From assembly GCF_964355755.1 (NCBI RefSeq), contig NC_092672.1, forward strand, positions 30,386,437-30,450,436: a stretch of DNA of 64,000 nt, read 5' to 3'. The notes under the pieces are model-generated. The model was not told the origin of the DNA. It saw only the letters and a program-made list of their open reading frames with translations, and did not search any database. The stretch is from Antedon mediterranea. Taxonomy: Eukaryota > Animalia > Echinodermata. Both the position numbers and the translations under genes were made by a program. Positions within the stretch are counted from its first letter, which is position 1, and each line of letters starts with the position of its first letter. Positions 1 through 12,333 of this stretch are shown here, piece by piece.

Positions 1-83
1 GATTTGAATATGATTTTAGTGTTTTAATTAACCATAAAAGTGTATGTCGTAAGCTTACTGAAGCGTAGCTTATTAATCATTAT

Positions 84-2220
84 TTAATAATTGAATATTT
101 TCACTGTTTTGTCTCCATTTACCACTGCTACTCTACGTGGATTGTGTGATATGATGCATAATCCATATGTAATGCTGATTCCATCTTCTTTTTTATCAAT
201 TCTTTTAATAAACTTTCCACTTTTACTAAAAAGCTGTAGTTTGTGGTCACTTGATATTATGATGTTGTCATTATCATCAACTACTACTCTTTTTGGGTAC
301 ATCACCTTACCATCTTCATCGCCCTCATCGACAAGAACTTTAATACCTTCATTATCAAATAGTTTTAAGCAGCTTTGGTCACAGTAAAGTATAAGAATAT
401 ATCCTTGTATGTGAGATCAATGATATTTACATATTGAAAGCCAGTAGTATCACATATTCTCTTAATTAGTTTGCCACTTTCAATGTTAAACATGGCTACA
501 CATCCATATTTAGCTACATACATTACACGTGATGCTTCATCCACATGAATACCATGATGATTTGTCAACTGTCCCTTACCAAATGATTTAACCACCTTAC
601 CATTCATAGTGCATAATGTGATGCATTTATTTCCACGATCACTGAATGCTATGTTACCATTGTTCATTAACAACATTCTGTAGACACTCACACCTTCTGA
701 TAGTGTAACCTTACCGATGTATTTACCTGTTTGCTTATATTTGTAAACACCATTGTCCAAACATGAAACAAGCAAGCAATCGTCTCCATATTTAACTACA
801 TCATAAACATCTTTATCTATTTTGATATTGTTTAATAATCCTTTTTTCTCTACCATAATAGTCATTGGTGACTTCTTAATATGTTCACCATTAACTCTAA
901 CATCAACCTTGCAAATCCATGCACTTGTACATATACCTATCACAGTATAGTCACCATTGTCATCTTCTTTTACTTCAGTGATGATAGTTTCTCCCGTTGG
1001 TTGTGTCAATGTAGCTTTTAAGTCATTTGCATGTATTTCACATTCGTCAGTTTTATTATTTTAACAGGAATTGGTTGACCAGTTGTCATACTCTCAGCTC
1101 CTCTCAATTCCAAACAGTCTGCTGCCCTCAACGTTGTAATCATTCAAATGTCATTCTGAAATGAAGCCATTTTTTGATGGTTTCTCACAAAGTTAATCTC
1201 AGCATTAAAATCATGTTTTGTTTTAGGTACTGCCTTGATTCTATCATCCAGTGCTGTGATGACGTCATTACCGGATAACATTGCCGTTGCTTCATTGCCC
1301 TTCCCTAGGTGGTGGAGCAAATTGATATTTGTATTTATATACGATATCGTCTTTGTCACATCCTCTATATCGGCATCAGTTGTCTTCCTCTTGATTTTGT
1401 ATATTGCCTCCACCTCACTTTTTAATTTGTCCTCACTTTCTTTTATTCTTGTTACCAATTCCATCACGTGATTTTCAATTCCTCTCAAACTCTTTTCTCT
1501 GTTTTCATCTAGTTTCTTAACACAATCAGTCATTACTTTAAGATCATCCTTTAATTTAGCTGTACATCTTTTTGCCTCTCTTTCCAATCCTGCTGACGTC
1601 TGTTTAAACGTTTTAAACACATCTTTTATGCTGATGGTCAAGTGTTTGTCTTTTCCTTCCCATTCCTTGTGATCCATGATCGAACAGTGTATACAAATGG
1701 CAACATTGCATATTTTACAAAACACAGTTAAAGGTTCATTGTGGACAGAACACAGAGGCGGGTGCATGGCATTGATTTCATTTACACTCATAGATCGAAC
1801 ATCTTCCACTGAATGCAACTTGTGGTTTTTACAAGCTGGAATATTCTTATGAGCATCATTACAAATGTGACACAAATATCTTCTGCACTCCCGACAGTAG
1901 GTTTTAGATCGACCTTCCTTACCACAAATATATTTTGTCTCATCTGTATTTGAAAACTGTTAAACTGTTTCTAACAAATTATTTAGAAACGTGTTTGGTG
2001 GTAATTTCCTTAGACCGCCCTCTGGAATCTGATAAGATTTTGAGCAAGTTGGACAGCTTACTTTGTTAGTTTTCTTCAACCAGTTGTCAAGACAACGCAG
2101 ACAAAAGCTGTGAAGACATGTTAAGGTTCTGGGTTCGTTGAGTCGATTAAAGCATATTTGGCACTCTAGAACCTTCTCATCAATATCTTCTAGAAATTTA
2201 GCCAGGTCACTGGTAGCCAT
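84..2220 (-). pseudogene. TRIM-NHL paralogue 1, disabled
   Basis: Full RING-BB-CC-filamin-NHL homology from ATG 2220 (MATSDLAKF) to stop 84. Lesions: GAA>TAA at 1960-1962, GGA>TGA at 1144-1146, a 1-bp deletion in the T-run at about 1051 (4 T vs 5 T in paralogues), and a frameshifting deletion near 410. Confidence 0.92.
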
Positions 2221-3008
2221 ATTGGATAGATCTATGAACAATAAAAAATATACCTTTAATGTGTAAAACAAAATGCATATTTGTTATTTTCTTTTTATTT
2301 TAATTGATGTGCGTATTGTGGTTAAACGCATTCCCCAAATACAATAGGAACGGGGATTTGTAATATATTTACAGTATGTACTATTCGGTAAATGATTTTA
2401 ATGAACATTCCTAATTAATATTTATCACTGAAATAGTCACTAATACTATAGTAACTATTCACTATTTTTAGGGAAAAAACGATATATTGCGACACAGTTA
2501 AAAAAACCCAAATCGGAGGGATAATTGTGTGCATGCCCTATTATTCGATTCAAGATGGAAGCAGATGATTATTTGAATTGAAGTTTACTTATAAATAGTA
2601 GGTGTGTTAACTAGTGAATGTATTACATTCGCTGATTTGTGAGAATATTTAGTTGAACAATTGAATGTTCAACGAGTTGAATAGGACAGCCAGACATTTA
2701 ACCCATGAACATTTATTATTTATATAATAAATAAAATAAAGTTTGTTTTAACCCATTTTTCTGAAAGAGCAAAGCAGTAGCTTGTTGGTTAACGTTCTTG
2801 CCTACCAAGGTCCAATCTTTGCGAGGGTTAACCCACGACTAGACTGTTTTCTACCTCACTCCCTAAGCCTCAAATAAGATTTGGTTAATAAAAACAACAT
2901 AGCTTATCTATCCTGTTTTAGTGAGTTACTTGCCGTTGGATGTGCAAACACAATTAAACAAATAAAACCTCTGAACAGAATGGTTGAAGAACTTTTATAC
3001 TAACTTAC

Positions 3009-3420
3009 GTTTTTGTTTGTCAATTAATTAGTCTTTGATTTTGTAGACAGGCACAAATGCTCTCATATGTAAGTTGAAACAAAATGGTTCCGATATGAAT
3101 TACTAATGTAGTCATGCTTCCTGTGAGGTTTTATTATAGCATATTGATTCGTCTATATACAGTAGTCTATTGGCAGAATGTTTCCGAGCGGAAACGTTAA
3201 GAATCATATAGGCCTGCGAAAGGCACCACAATTATTATAATAAAGGGTTAATAAGTTATTTTTACGCGGCTACACTCAAAGAGGGCTCATACTATGGCTC
3301 TGTTTTTGTCTGTAGGTTTAACATGTTTAAATTAATTACATTGATAAACTACCACAATAATTACATACTCCAAAGAAATGACAATATCGTACTTGTCATA
3401 ATTTGTACTTTATTAACTAC
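3009..3420 (-). promoter_or_regulatory. Putative 5' non-coding exon/promoter of TRIM paralogue 1
   Basis: GTAAGT donor at 3008 pairs with an AG acceptor at 2232-2233 just before the ATG. The block 2551-3420 is homologous to 15985-16810. Confidence 0.6.
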
Positions 3421-3424
3421 GATT

Positions 3425-4080
3425 AAATACAGAATCATCCTCGTGTAACGTGAAGTCACGTTGTAGACTTGTGATGTTTTTTTTATATGTATTCTCTGTT
3501 CTAGTTTGGTTATTGTATTTTTCGCATGCGGACGTAAATGATTAAATAGTGTGCATGAGTGTTGAAACTTGTTAATTTTTTGGAAAACTGAAATGCAGTT
3601 TGTATCACCGTTTTTTGCTAAATGCAATTCAAGCATATCGCAATGATTTACGACATTACAACCATCGGCCTATACAGTCCACCATTTCAAGTTTGTATGC
3701 AAATAGATTTCATAAAGACTATGACGTCAACACACCTTGACACGAAACGAAATTTTGTTCTGACAGTCGGTCCATGTCGATGTGTTTCAGTAGAAATCCA
3801 CTTATTTTTTAATTGTTTCATTATGTCTTTCAAAATGTGCTGTGGTGCCTAATGATATTTAAATATTTGTTATTTGTCCTTCAAAGTTAGAGTGGAAGGT
3901 AGGGGAGTAACGGTGTAGCTTTCTCATTCTTATTCAGTATAAAATTTGTAGCAGCAGTCTCATACCGATTTCTAGACAATATCAACGAATGACAGGTAGA
4001 AGAATAACGATGTAGCTTCTTTATTATTAACAGTAAATTAGTAGCATTGGTATCGTAATTAAGATCCTCATATTTTGTTT
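3425..4080 (-). pseudogene. Decayed fragment of the KY-like gene last exon
   Basis: NRYETAATNFILNKNEKATPLLPYLPL matches NRYETGATYLILNKKMKTTTLLPYLPF, and STETHRHGPTVRTKFRF matches AETHRQGSTVNIQFRF, in the 30753-32519 ORF. Best supported at 3600-3990; the ends are approximate. Confidence 0.85.
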
Positions 4081-4790
4081 TCATTTGTAACATATACGGT
4101 TAAACTAGAATACACATGCAATTTTTTGTTATTTTTTTTATTTATTTTTTCTTTTTGTTTTCTCTATTTGTAATAAAATGTAAAGTATTTTTACATGACA
4201 TGTTTAGGCTTCCTCAAACCAACTTATATCAACTCATCTTTAACCCGACCATCTAAACACAGCAGCTATTAAAACAAATGAAATAAATATATATTTGTTT
4301 TCAATTCATTTCAAATCAAGCAAAATACGATGAAAAATTAAATGTTAATGTAATTAATAATAAGGTACGTATTATTTGTCATCTAAGATTAATGCCTAAC
4401 ATTTGCATAACATTTATATTAAATTTATTTGAACAATTTATTTGTATGTAATTAATTATGTTTAACATTTAAAAAGATTAATATTTAGAGTATTAAAAAT
4501 ACAATACAATGATGGAAGAAGTAATGTTACCTAGAGTAATTAGAAATATATATTTGACAATTGCTACTGTATAAACATTAATGTAAATTGAAATTGCATT
4601 TTCACATGTAAAATGATATGTAGAACTGGTACTATATTAAAAAAAATAGCAATCTCACATTTTTAATATAACAACAGTTTTTTTTTGTTACAAATTAATT
4701 TATGCTTCAATATGACCAAAACTTTCAGCAGTATTTCATTAAAACATAAATAATTCTGTCGTACCTTTAATGATAATGTGCTAGCATTGT

Positions 4791-6944
4791 TTAATAATTT
4801 AATATTTTTACATTTCTGTTTCCATAATTTGCCACTGCTAGTCTACGTGGATGGTAAGATATGATGAATAATCCATAAGGAAAGGTGATTTCATCTTCTT
4901 TTTTATCAATTCTTTTAATAAACTTTCCACTATTACTAAATAGCTGTACTTTGTGGTGACTTGATATTATGATGTTGTCATTATCATCAACTAGTACTCC
5001 TCCTGGGTTCTTGACTTTGCCATCTTTATCGCCCTCATCGACAAGAACTTTCATCAACTTTGCCTCATGATTGAATAGTTTTAAGCAGCTTTGTTCACAG
5101 AACAGTACAATAATATATCCCTCTCTTGTAAGGGTGACATCAAATATATTTATATATTTTAACCCTGTTGTGTCACATTGTGCTATTTTCTTAATCAGTT
5201 TGCCGCTTTCAATGTTAAACATGGCTACATTATCGTGATTAGCTACATACATGACACGTGATGCTTCATCCACATGAATACCCCGTGGATTTGTCAACTC
5301 TCAATTACCAAATGATTTAACCACCTCACCATTCATAGTGCATAATGTGATGCATTTATTACCCCAATCACAAAATGATATATTACCATTGTTCATTAAG
5401 AACATTCTGTTGACTTCGACATCTTCTGATAGTGTAACCTTACCAATGTATTTACCTGATTGTTTGTATTTGTAAATGGAATTGTCACAACATGAAGCAA
5501 GCAAACAATCGTCTCTATAATTTACTACGTCCCAAATACATTTATTTATTTTGATTGTGTTTGATATTCCTTCTTTCTCTACTTTAATAGTCATTGGTGA
5601 CTTCTTAATGTGTTCACCATCAACTCTAACATCAACCGTGCAAATCCCTGCACTTGTACATCTACCTATCACAGTATAGTCACCATTGTCATCTTCTTCA
5701 ACTTCAGTGATGGTAGTTTCTCCTGTTGGTTGTGTCAGTGCAGCTTTTAAGTCATTTGCATGTATTTCACATTCATCAGTTTTTATTATTTTAACATTAA
5801 TTGTTGGCAATGTCATGCTCTCAGCTCCTCTTAATTCTAAATAGCCTGCCCTTGCTTGTGTTACAATTCCGATATCCTTCTGTAATGAATCAATTTGTTG
5901 ATTGTTTTTAACGAATTTAATCTCAGCATTAAGATCAAGTTTTGTTTTTGGTACTGCCTTGATCCGAACGCCTAGGGCCGTTATGACGTCATTACCGGAT
6001 AACATTGCCGTTGCTTCATTACCCTTCTCTAGGTGGTGGAGCAAACTGATGTTTGTAGTTATATACGATATCGTCGTTGTAATATCCTCTATATCGGCAT
6101 CAGTCGCCTTCCTCTTGATTTTGTACATAGTCTCCACATCACTTTTTAATTTTTCCCCACTTTCTTTAATTCTTGTTACCAATTCCTTGACATGATAATC
6201 AATTCCTCTCAAACTATTTTCTCTGTTTTCATCAAGTTTCTTAACGCGATAAGTCATTAATTTAAGATCATCCTTTAATTTAGCGGTAGATATTTTTGCC
6301 TCTCTCTCTAATCCTGTTGATGTTTGTTTAAACGTTTTAAACGCATCTTTTATGCTGATAGTCACGTGTTTGTCTTTTCCCTCCCATTCCTTGTGATCCA
6401 TGATTGAACAGTGTATACAAATGGCAACTCTGCATATTTTACAAAACACAGTTAAAGGTTCATTGTGGACAGAACACAGAGGCGGGTGCATGGCATTGAT
6501 TTCACTTACACTCATAGATCGAACATCTTCCACTGAATGCAACTTGTGGTTTTTACAAGCTGGAATGTTCTTATGTGCATCACTACAAATGTGGCACAAA
6601 TACCGTCTGCACTCTTGACAGTAGGTTTTAGATCGACCTTCCTTACCACAAATACATTTTGTCTCATCTGTATTTGAAAACTGTTCAATAGTTTCTAACA
6701 AATTATTCAGAAACGTGTTGGGTGGTAATTTCTTTAGACCGCCCTCTGGAATCTGGTAAGATTTGGAGCACGTTGGACAGCTTACTTTGTTAGTTTTCTT
6801 AAACCAGTTGTCAAGACAACTCAGACAGAAGCTGTGAAGACATGTTAAGGTTCTGGGTTCATTGAGTCGATTAAAGCATATTTGGCACTCTAGAACCTTC
6901 TCATCAATATCTTCTAGAAATTTAGCCAGCTCACTGGTAGCCAT
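4791..6944 (-). pseudogene. TRIM-NHL paralogue 2 with a single in-frame premature TGA (547-aa truncated product possible)
   Basis: ATG at 6944. ORFs 5301-6965 and 4791-5297 are in the same frame, separated only by TGA at 5301-5303 (AAG GGA in paralogues, AAT TGA here). Confidence 0.85.
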
Positions 6945-7550
6945 CTTGGATTGATCTGTAAGCAATTAGTAATTTAACTTCAATGTGTAAAAAAAACTGA
7001 TATTGTTTCTTTTCTTTTCATTTTCATTTTTTAAAAATTATATTCCCCATTATTACTTTAATAATACAGTGGGATAGACATTTTATATTTTAATATTATT
7101 TTATTTTATTTTAATTAATATAATTAAAAAGTACATTAAAAATGCGTTTCTTTCTGAGAGCTTGAATACGTTTTAAATTATTAAAATCTATAAATTCAGT
7201 AAGAATGTGGATTTTTAAGAATATACGGTAATGAGCCATTTTGGACTTAATAATAACCAACCTAAGTAAATACTACAACCATCCTGTGATACAATCACCA
7301 ATTGGTCTGAGCGACCAAAATGTTGTTGATTGGTTGTTTACAACACATAGAAACTTGAAAAAGACCAATCGTTTGATGCCCGCCGCCCATGCAATCCAGC
7401 AATTTGGTGAATGGATTACCCAGTACCCATGGACCGAAGTTGTTAACATGTCTAGTCTTCAAGAGAAAGAAAATGCTTTTTATAGTAGCCTATCTTAGAT
7501 GTAAAAATGTGTTTCCATTGAAATCATTTAAACTTCACTCAAGCGACAAG

Positions 7551-10168
7551 TAGTCCATGGGATTTAGACTTTTAACTCACACAAATTGCAAGAAAAGGTT
7601 TTTTTGATGAAATGTGTTCTTTAGACCATACTGAACACATTTATCAACGTTAGGACATTTTTCGACAACAGGAAGTAGCCTAATTTGCATAATTAAAAAT
7701 GGCCGCCATTTTTAATAACGTACTCTGTATCTTGGAAACCGCAAGTCACAGATACTTAATTATGGTGTCAAAATTGTTAGAATATATGTTTTTATATTCA
7801 CTTTATTGAAAAAGTTTGTCCAAAAATGAATGGAAGTGCTATTTCTAACATTATTGACCTTTGACCTTGAATTCTCATATCTCAGCAACCACTAATCGGA
7901 GATATACAAATTAGGGCTTAAATTGTTCAGAAACTACACATTTATATCCAGTCTAATGGCATGTTTTTGCAAAAAATGGCGGATTCTAACATTATTGACC
8001 TTTGACCTTGATTTATCATATCTTAGCAACCACTAATCTGAGAGACACACAATATGGCTCAAACTGTTTAGAAACTACATATTTATATTTAGTCTAATGG
8101 CATGTTTTTGCAAAAAATTGCCGATTCTAACATTATTGACCTTTGAACTTTGCACTACATAAAATCGCATAACTTTGAAAATATTTTACATATGAAATTA
8201 TTTTTAGTGTCAAATTATTCAGAACATACATGTTTCTATAGAGTCCAATGACACATTATGTCCAATAATGACCTATTGTATGGTTATTAACATTTGAACT
8301 ATATTTGAAAAGGATTTTTAAACCCGGAATCTTCTTCATGTAGGCATTCATTAGAACATGTGATTTGGCTCTACTTGTTTAGAATATGGTGGTAATTTAA
8401 AGTGCATGTAACCAGTTGATTTAAATTAAATTTAAAAACTGAAATATTCACTTAAAAAAAAAAATATTAGACTATGTATACATACATTATAGGTTTGGAT
8501 TATTAATAAATTTTTAATTAGGTCTTACATCTTACTCAGGAGAAAGTTGGTGTTGACACTATTAACAGAGCCAACAAAAATGTAGTTTTTTTTATGATAT
8601 ATTGTTACATTGTACATACTTTAAATAGGCCATGCCATTTTGCAGGTTTATTAACGTTTTTTTCAAGTTAGTAATTTATATTTTGATCAAATTAAATTGC
8701 CATTAAATGGCATATTCAAAAAACAAATTTCTAAAGATTATTTAGTTTATATTTTGCTAAGGATAGCATCACTCTTGAGGGCATTCTTTTAGGTTGAAAC
8801 ATAGTCTTATTAAGAAGGCATTTTCTACTAATAGACGCATTGTTGACAACTGGAATTTTAAAAGATCGATATTAATGCAACATATTTAGTTTAGTTTAAT
8901 TAATTGGCTATCGAGACTCATAATTAGGCTGACCACCACTTGCAATATTTTCGCCGTATACAGTAAAAACCTCAGTTTCTTATGGAATTTATTTATTTAT
9001 TTCAATAACCATATACAGTACGACTACTAGTCGTGTATAGTTTTTAACCTTTTATTACTTGTTTTTGTACTTTTTTTACGTGAATGTATTGTGTATGTAC
9101 CATGTTTCTATGTGGTTTAATTTTTACCATTTTTTAACCATCAATTTTAATGCTTTTAATATAAATATATTGTAATTCAGCTTCAGCTGCGAAAACGATA
9201 AGAAATAAAATAAACAAACGTGTAAACTTGTAGGCAGTTTATGGATGAATGCAATAGTTTATGCTTATAAATTTAGTGTACCATGGCCTACTTTAAACTA
9301 AACATAATAAGTCAACATTGCAACTCTTACATTTTAGAGTGCCAAATCACATGTTCTAATGGATGTCCACATGAAGAAGATTCCGGGTTTAAAGGCTTTT
9401 CAAATATAGTTCAAATGTTAATAACCATACAATAGGCCATTATTGGACATAATGTGTCATTGGACTCTATAGAAACATGTATGTTCTGAATAATTTGACA
9501 CTAAAAATAATTTCATATGTACAATATTTTCAAAGTTATGCGATTTTATGTAGTGCAAAGTTCAAAGGTCAATAATGTTAGAATCGGCCATTTTTTGCAA
9601 AAACATGCCATTAGACTAAATATAAATATGTAGTTTTTGAACAGTTTGAGCCATATTGTGTGTCTCTCAGATTAGTGGTTGCTAAGATATGATAAATCAA
9701 GGTCAAAGGTCAATAATGTTAGAATCCGCCATTTTTTTGCAAAAACATGCCATTAGACTGGATATAAATGTGTAGTTTCTGAACAATTTAAGCCCTAATT
9801 TGTATATCTCCGATTAGTGGTTGCTGAGATATGAGAATTCAAGGTCAAAGGTCAATAATGTTAGAAATAGCACTTCCATTCATTTTTGGACAAACTTTTT
9901 CAATAAAGTGAATATAAAAACATATATTCTAACAATTTTGACACCATAATTAAGTATCTGTGACTAGCGGTTTTCAAGATACAGAGTACGTTATCAAAAA
10001 TGGCGGCCATTTTTAATTATGCAAATTAGGCTACTTCCCGTTTTCGAAAAATGTCCTAACGTTGATAAATATGTTCAGTAGGGTCTAAAGAACACATTTC
10101 ATCAAAAAAACCTTTTCTTGCAATTTGTGTGAGAAAAGGGTCATTTTTTAGCTAAATCCCATGGACTA
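7551..10168. mobile_element. Non-autonomous Academ-like DNA transposon with about 820-bp TIRs
   Basis: Termini TAGTCCATGGGATTTAG / CTAAATCCCATGGACTA, 3-bp TSD AAG, inverted arms about 7551-8369 and 9341-10168, no ORF. TAG..CTA ends with a 3-bp TSD are characteristic of Academ. Confidence 0.85.
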
Positions 10169-10678
10169 AAGCCCTGGATGAATAGGGTGGTGAAAGACCT
10201 TAAATATCTTAAAACGATAAAAATGTTTTGCTAATGAGGGAAAGTCTAATCAATGGAAACTCTATCGAAACCGTGTCCAACTTGAAATTAATCGTGCAAA
10301 GTCTAGCTTCTAGGCCTATAATGAAAGATTTAAAAGCCTCAAATCAACAAACCCAGTGAAATGGCATCACGGTATCCAGCTTATGGCTAATAAACTAAAA
10401 AACCCACCTATTATTCAAATACCCAACATTGCCCCTAACAATGATCTTGCTATAGCTCAATATATCAATTTTTCTTTCTCCAAGGTCTCGCAAAGTAAGA
10501 AACCTTTGGTGCGTGATAGTCTTCCAAGTTTCTTACCAGCTGAAAATCCACCCCAACTGGAGGAATGGGAAATGTTCTACCACTTAAAAAAATCTTGAAA
10601 GAATTTCATTTAGCTTCGATTTTGTATAGATGACAAATTTCGTTTTTGTAAAAGCACAAGTTAACGGAGTACTTACTC

Positions 10679-10712
10679 GAACGTTTCGATCTCTATCAGA
10701 GATCCTTCTCAA
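10679..10712 (-). ncRNA. Hammerhead-ribozyme-like motif in Penelope 3' pLTR (second copy on + at 12672-12705)
   Basis: TTGAGAAG-GATCTCT-GAT-AGAGATC-GAAA-CGTTC: variant core, 7-bp stem II, GAAA, palindromic AACGTT. The position is that of PLE minimal hammerheads, but the core deviates from CUGANGA. Confidence 0.55.
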
Positions 10713-10726
10713 CTGACTGCGGAGTG

Positions 10727-12333
10727 TTAATGCAGCTTGGTCATTCTTGACGTCATCTGTTGATGACGTCGTACGCCTCCGGTTGTAGGTTGGAGGTTGT
10801 GCGGGGCTCGGCCAGGTGATGTGTCTATCAAATCATTGTACAAATGCGAGAGTTCGTGGGCTCCAGTGTCCCGGTTCATGGTCTTCTCCTTATTTCTCCT
10901 TATATGTAATGATTCTTTAATCTGTCTGTCTTTGCGTTTAGGCTCTTTGGTTAAGATGGTAGCCTCCCAGTTTGGTACATGATTGTGTTTTATGACATGT
11001 TCTGTAATGGCAGATTTGTGTATGATCGAAGATGTGGATGTTCTGGAGGCCCTAGTCATTACTCCCCCCGTGTTTGTTGTAACATATTTTTTGTGATCAT
11101 TAATTCGTGTTTGTAATGCCCTCCCTGTTTCCCCAATGTAAACTTGTGGACAGTTGCGGCAGGTGACTTCGTAGATTACTCCACATGTATCCATCTTCTC
11201 GATTTTATCTTTTGGGTGGACGAGGCTATTCTTGATTTTATTTTGGGGTAGGAAATAGGTTCCGACATTGTGATAGGAGAGAGTGCGTCGTATTCTTTCT
11301 GCCATTCCTTTTACGTAGGGGATTCCTATGCTACCTCGCATCTTGATTATTTCCTTCTGTGGTTCGTGTCCTTTGTTCTTTTTTCTTTTTCGGTTTTCCA
11401 TAACTCTCTGGAAGGACCACTCTGGATACTGGCAGTTGTGTAACGCTTTCTTGATGTTATCCATCTCAACTTTCCTCAAATCCATATCTCCCACTACCTT
11501 CTCAGCTCTGTCCACAAGCGTGTTTATAAGCCCCAGTTTGGGTTCGAGTGGATGATGTGAGTTGAAATGTAAATATTGGTCTGTGTGAGTGGACTTCCGA
11601 TAAACTGAGGTGGTAACTGTTACATTGTCATTGAGTGTGATGAGCATGTCCAGGAAAGGTATTGTGTTGTTTGTCATCGATTCTGTGGTGAACTTGATAT
11701 TGTCAGTTATATCGATGTTATTAAGATGTGTGTTAAATGTATGTACTGTACCTATGGGGATGATAGCTAATACATCATCAACGTATCGTTTCCAATACAC
11801 GGGCTTGATGTTAGTGGGTGCCGTGTTTATGGCTTGATGTTCGAGCCCTTCTAGATACAAGTTCGCCAATATAGGACTTATTGGGCTTCCCATAGCAATG
11901 CCTTGTATTTGCCTATAAATGTTACCATTGAACGAGAAATAGGTTTTGTTCACAATTAAACCGAGGAGCTCCATTATGTCTGTCACATGTAGTTTAGTTC
12001 TATCCAGAAGTGTCGGATCTGTTGTTAGGCGATTTTCGAAAACTTTGAGGGCCTCTTCTACTGGTGTTTTTGTAAACAGAGATACTACGTCAAACGAGAC
12101 AAATGTTTCACTTGGTTTGACTATTATTTCTTTTAGTTCACTCGCCAACTCTCCTGAGTAAGTTACATGATGTTCTGTGTTTCCGACAAGTGGACCCAGG
12201 ATTTTGGTGAGGAATTGTGCAACGGTGTAAAAAACGGTGTTGATGTTATCTACTATAGGTCTTAATGGCCAATTTGGTTTATGTATCTTCGGAAGACAAT
12301 ACAACCTAGGTACAATTTCAGCCGTGGGAAACA
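10727..12333 (-). CDS. Penelope RT + GIY-YIG endonuclease (N-terminally truncated, uninterrupted)
   Basis: Motifs LPKIHK..LRPIV, SFDVVSLFT, QIQGIAMGSP, RYVDD, PFLD, YRKSTHTDQYL and GVIYEVTCRNC..YIGETGR. The first residues of the predicted 541-aa ORF derive from the inverted pLTR. Confidence 0.93.

Noticed and set aside
5301-5303. Selenocysteine recoding of the in-frame TGA
   Set aside because: The homologous residue is Gly, not Cys, and I could not recognise a SECIS in the AT-rich 3' region.
91-6618. Plus-strand ORFs overlapping TRIM copies (also 18074, 19254, 39653, 40328) and the Penelope ORF
   Set aside because: These are antisense shadows of real coding sequence. They recur only because the genes are paralogous.
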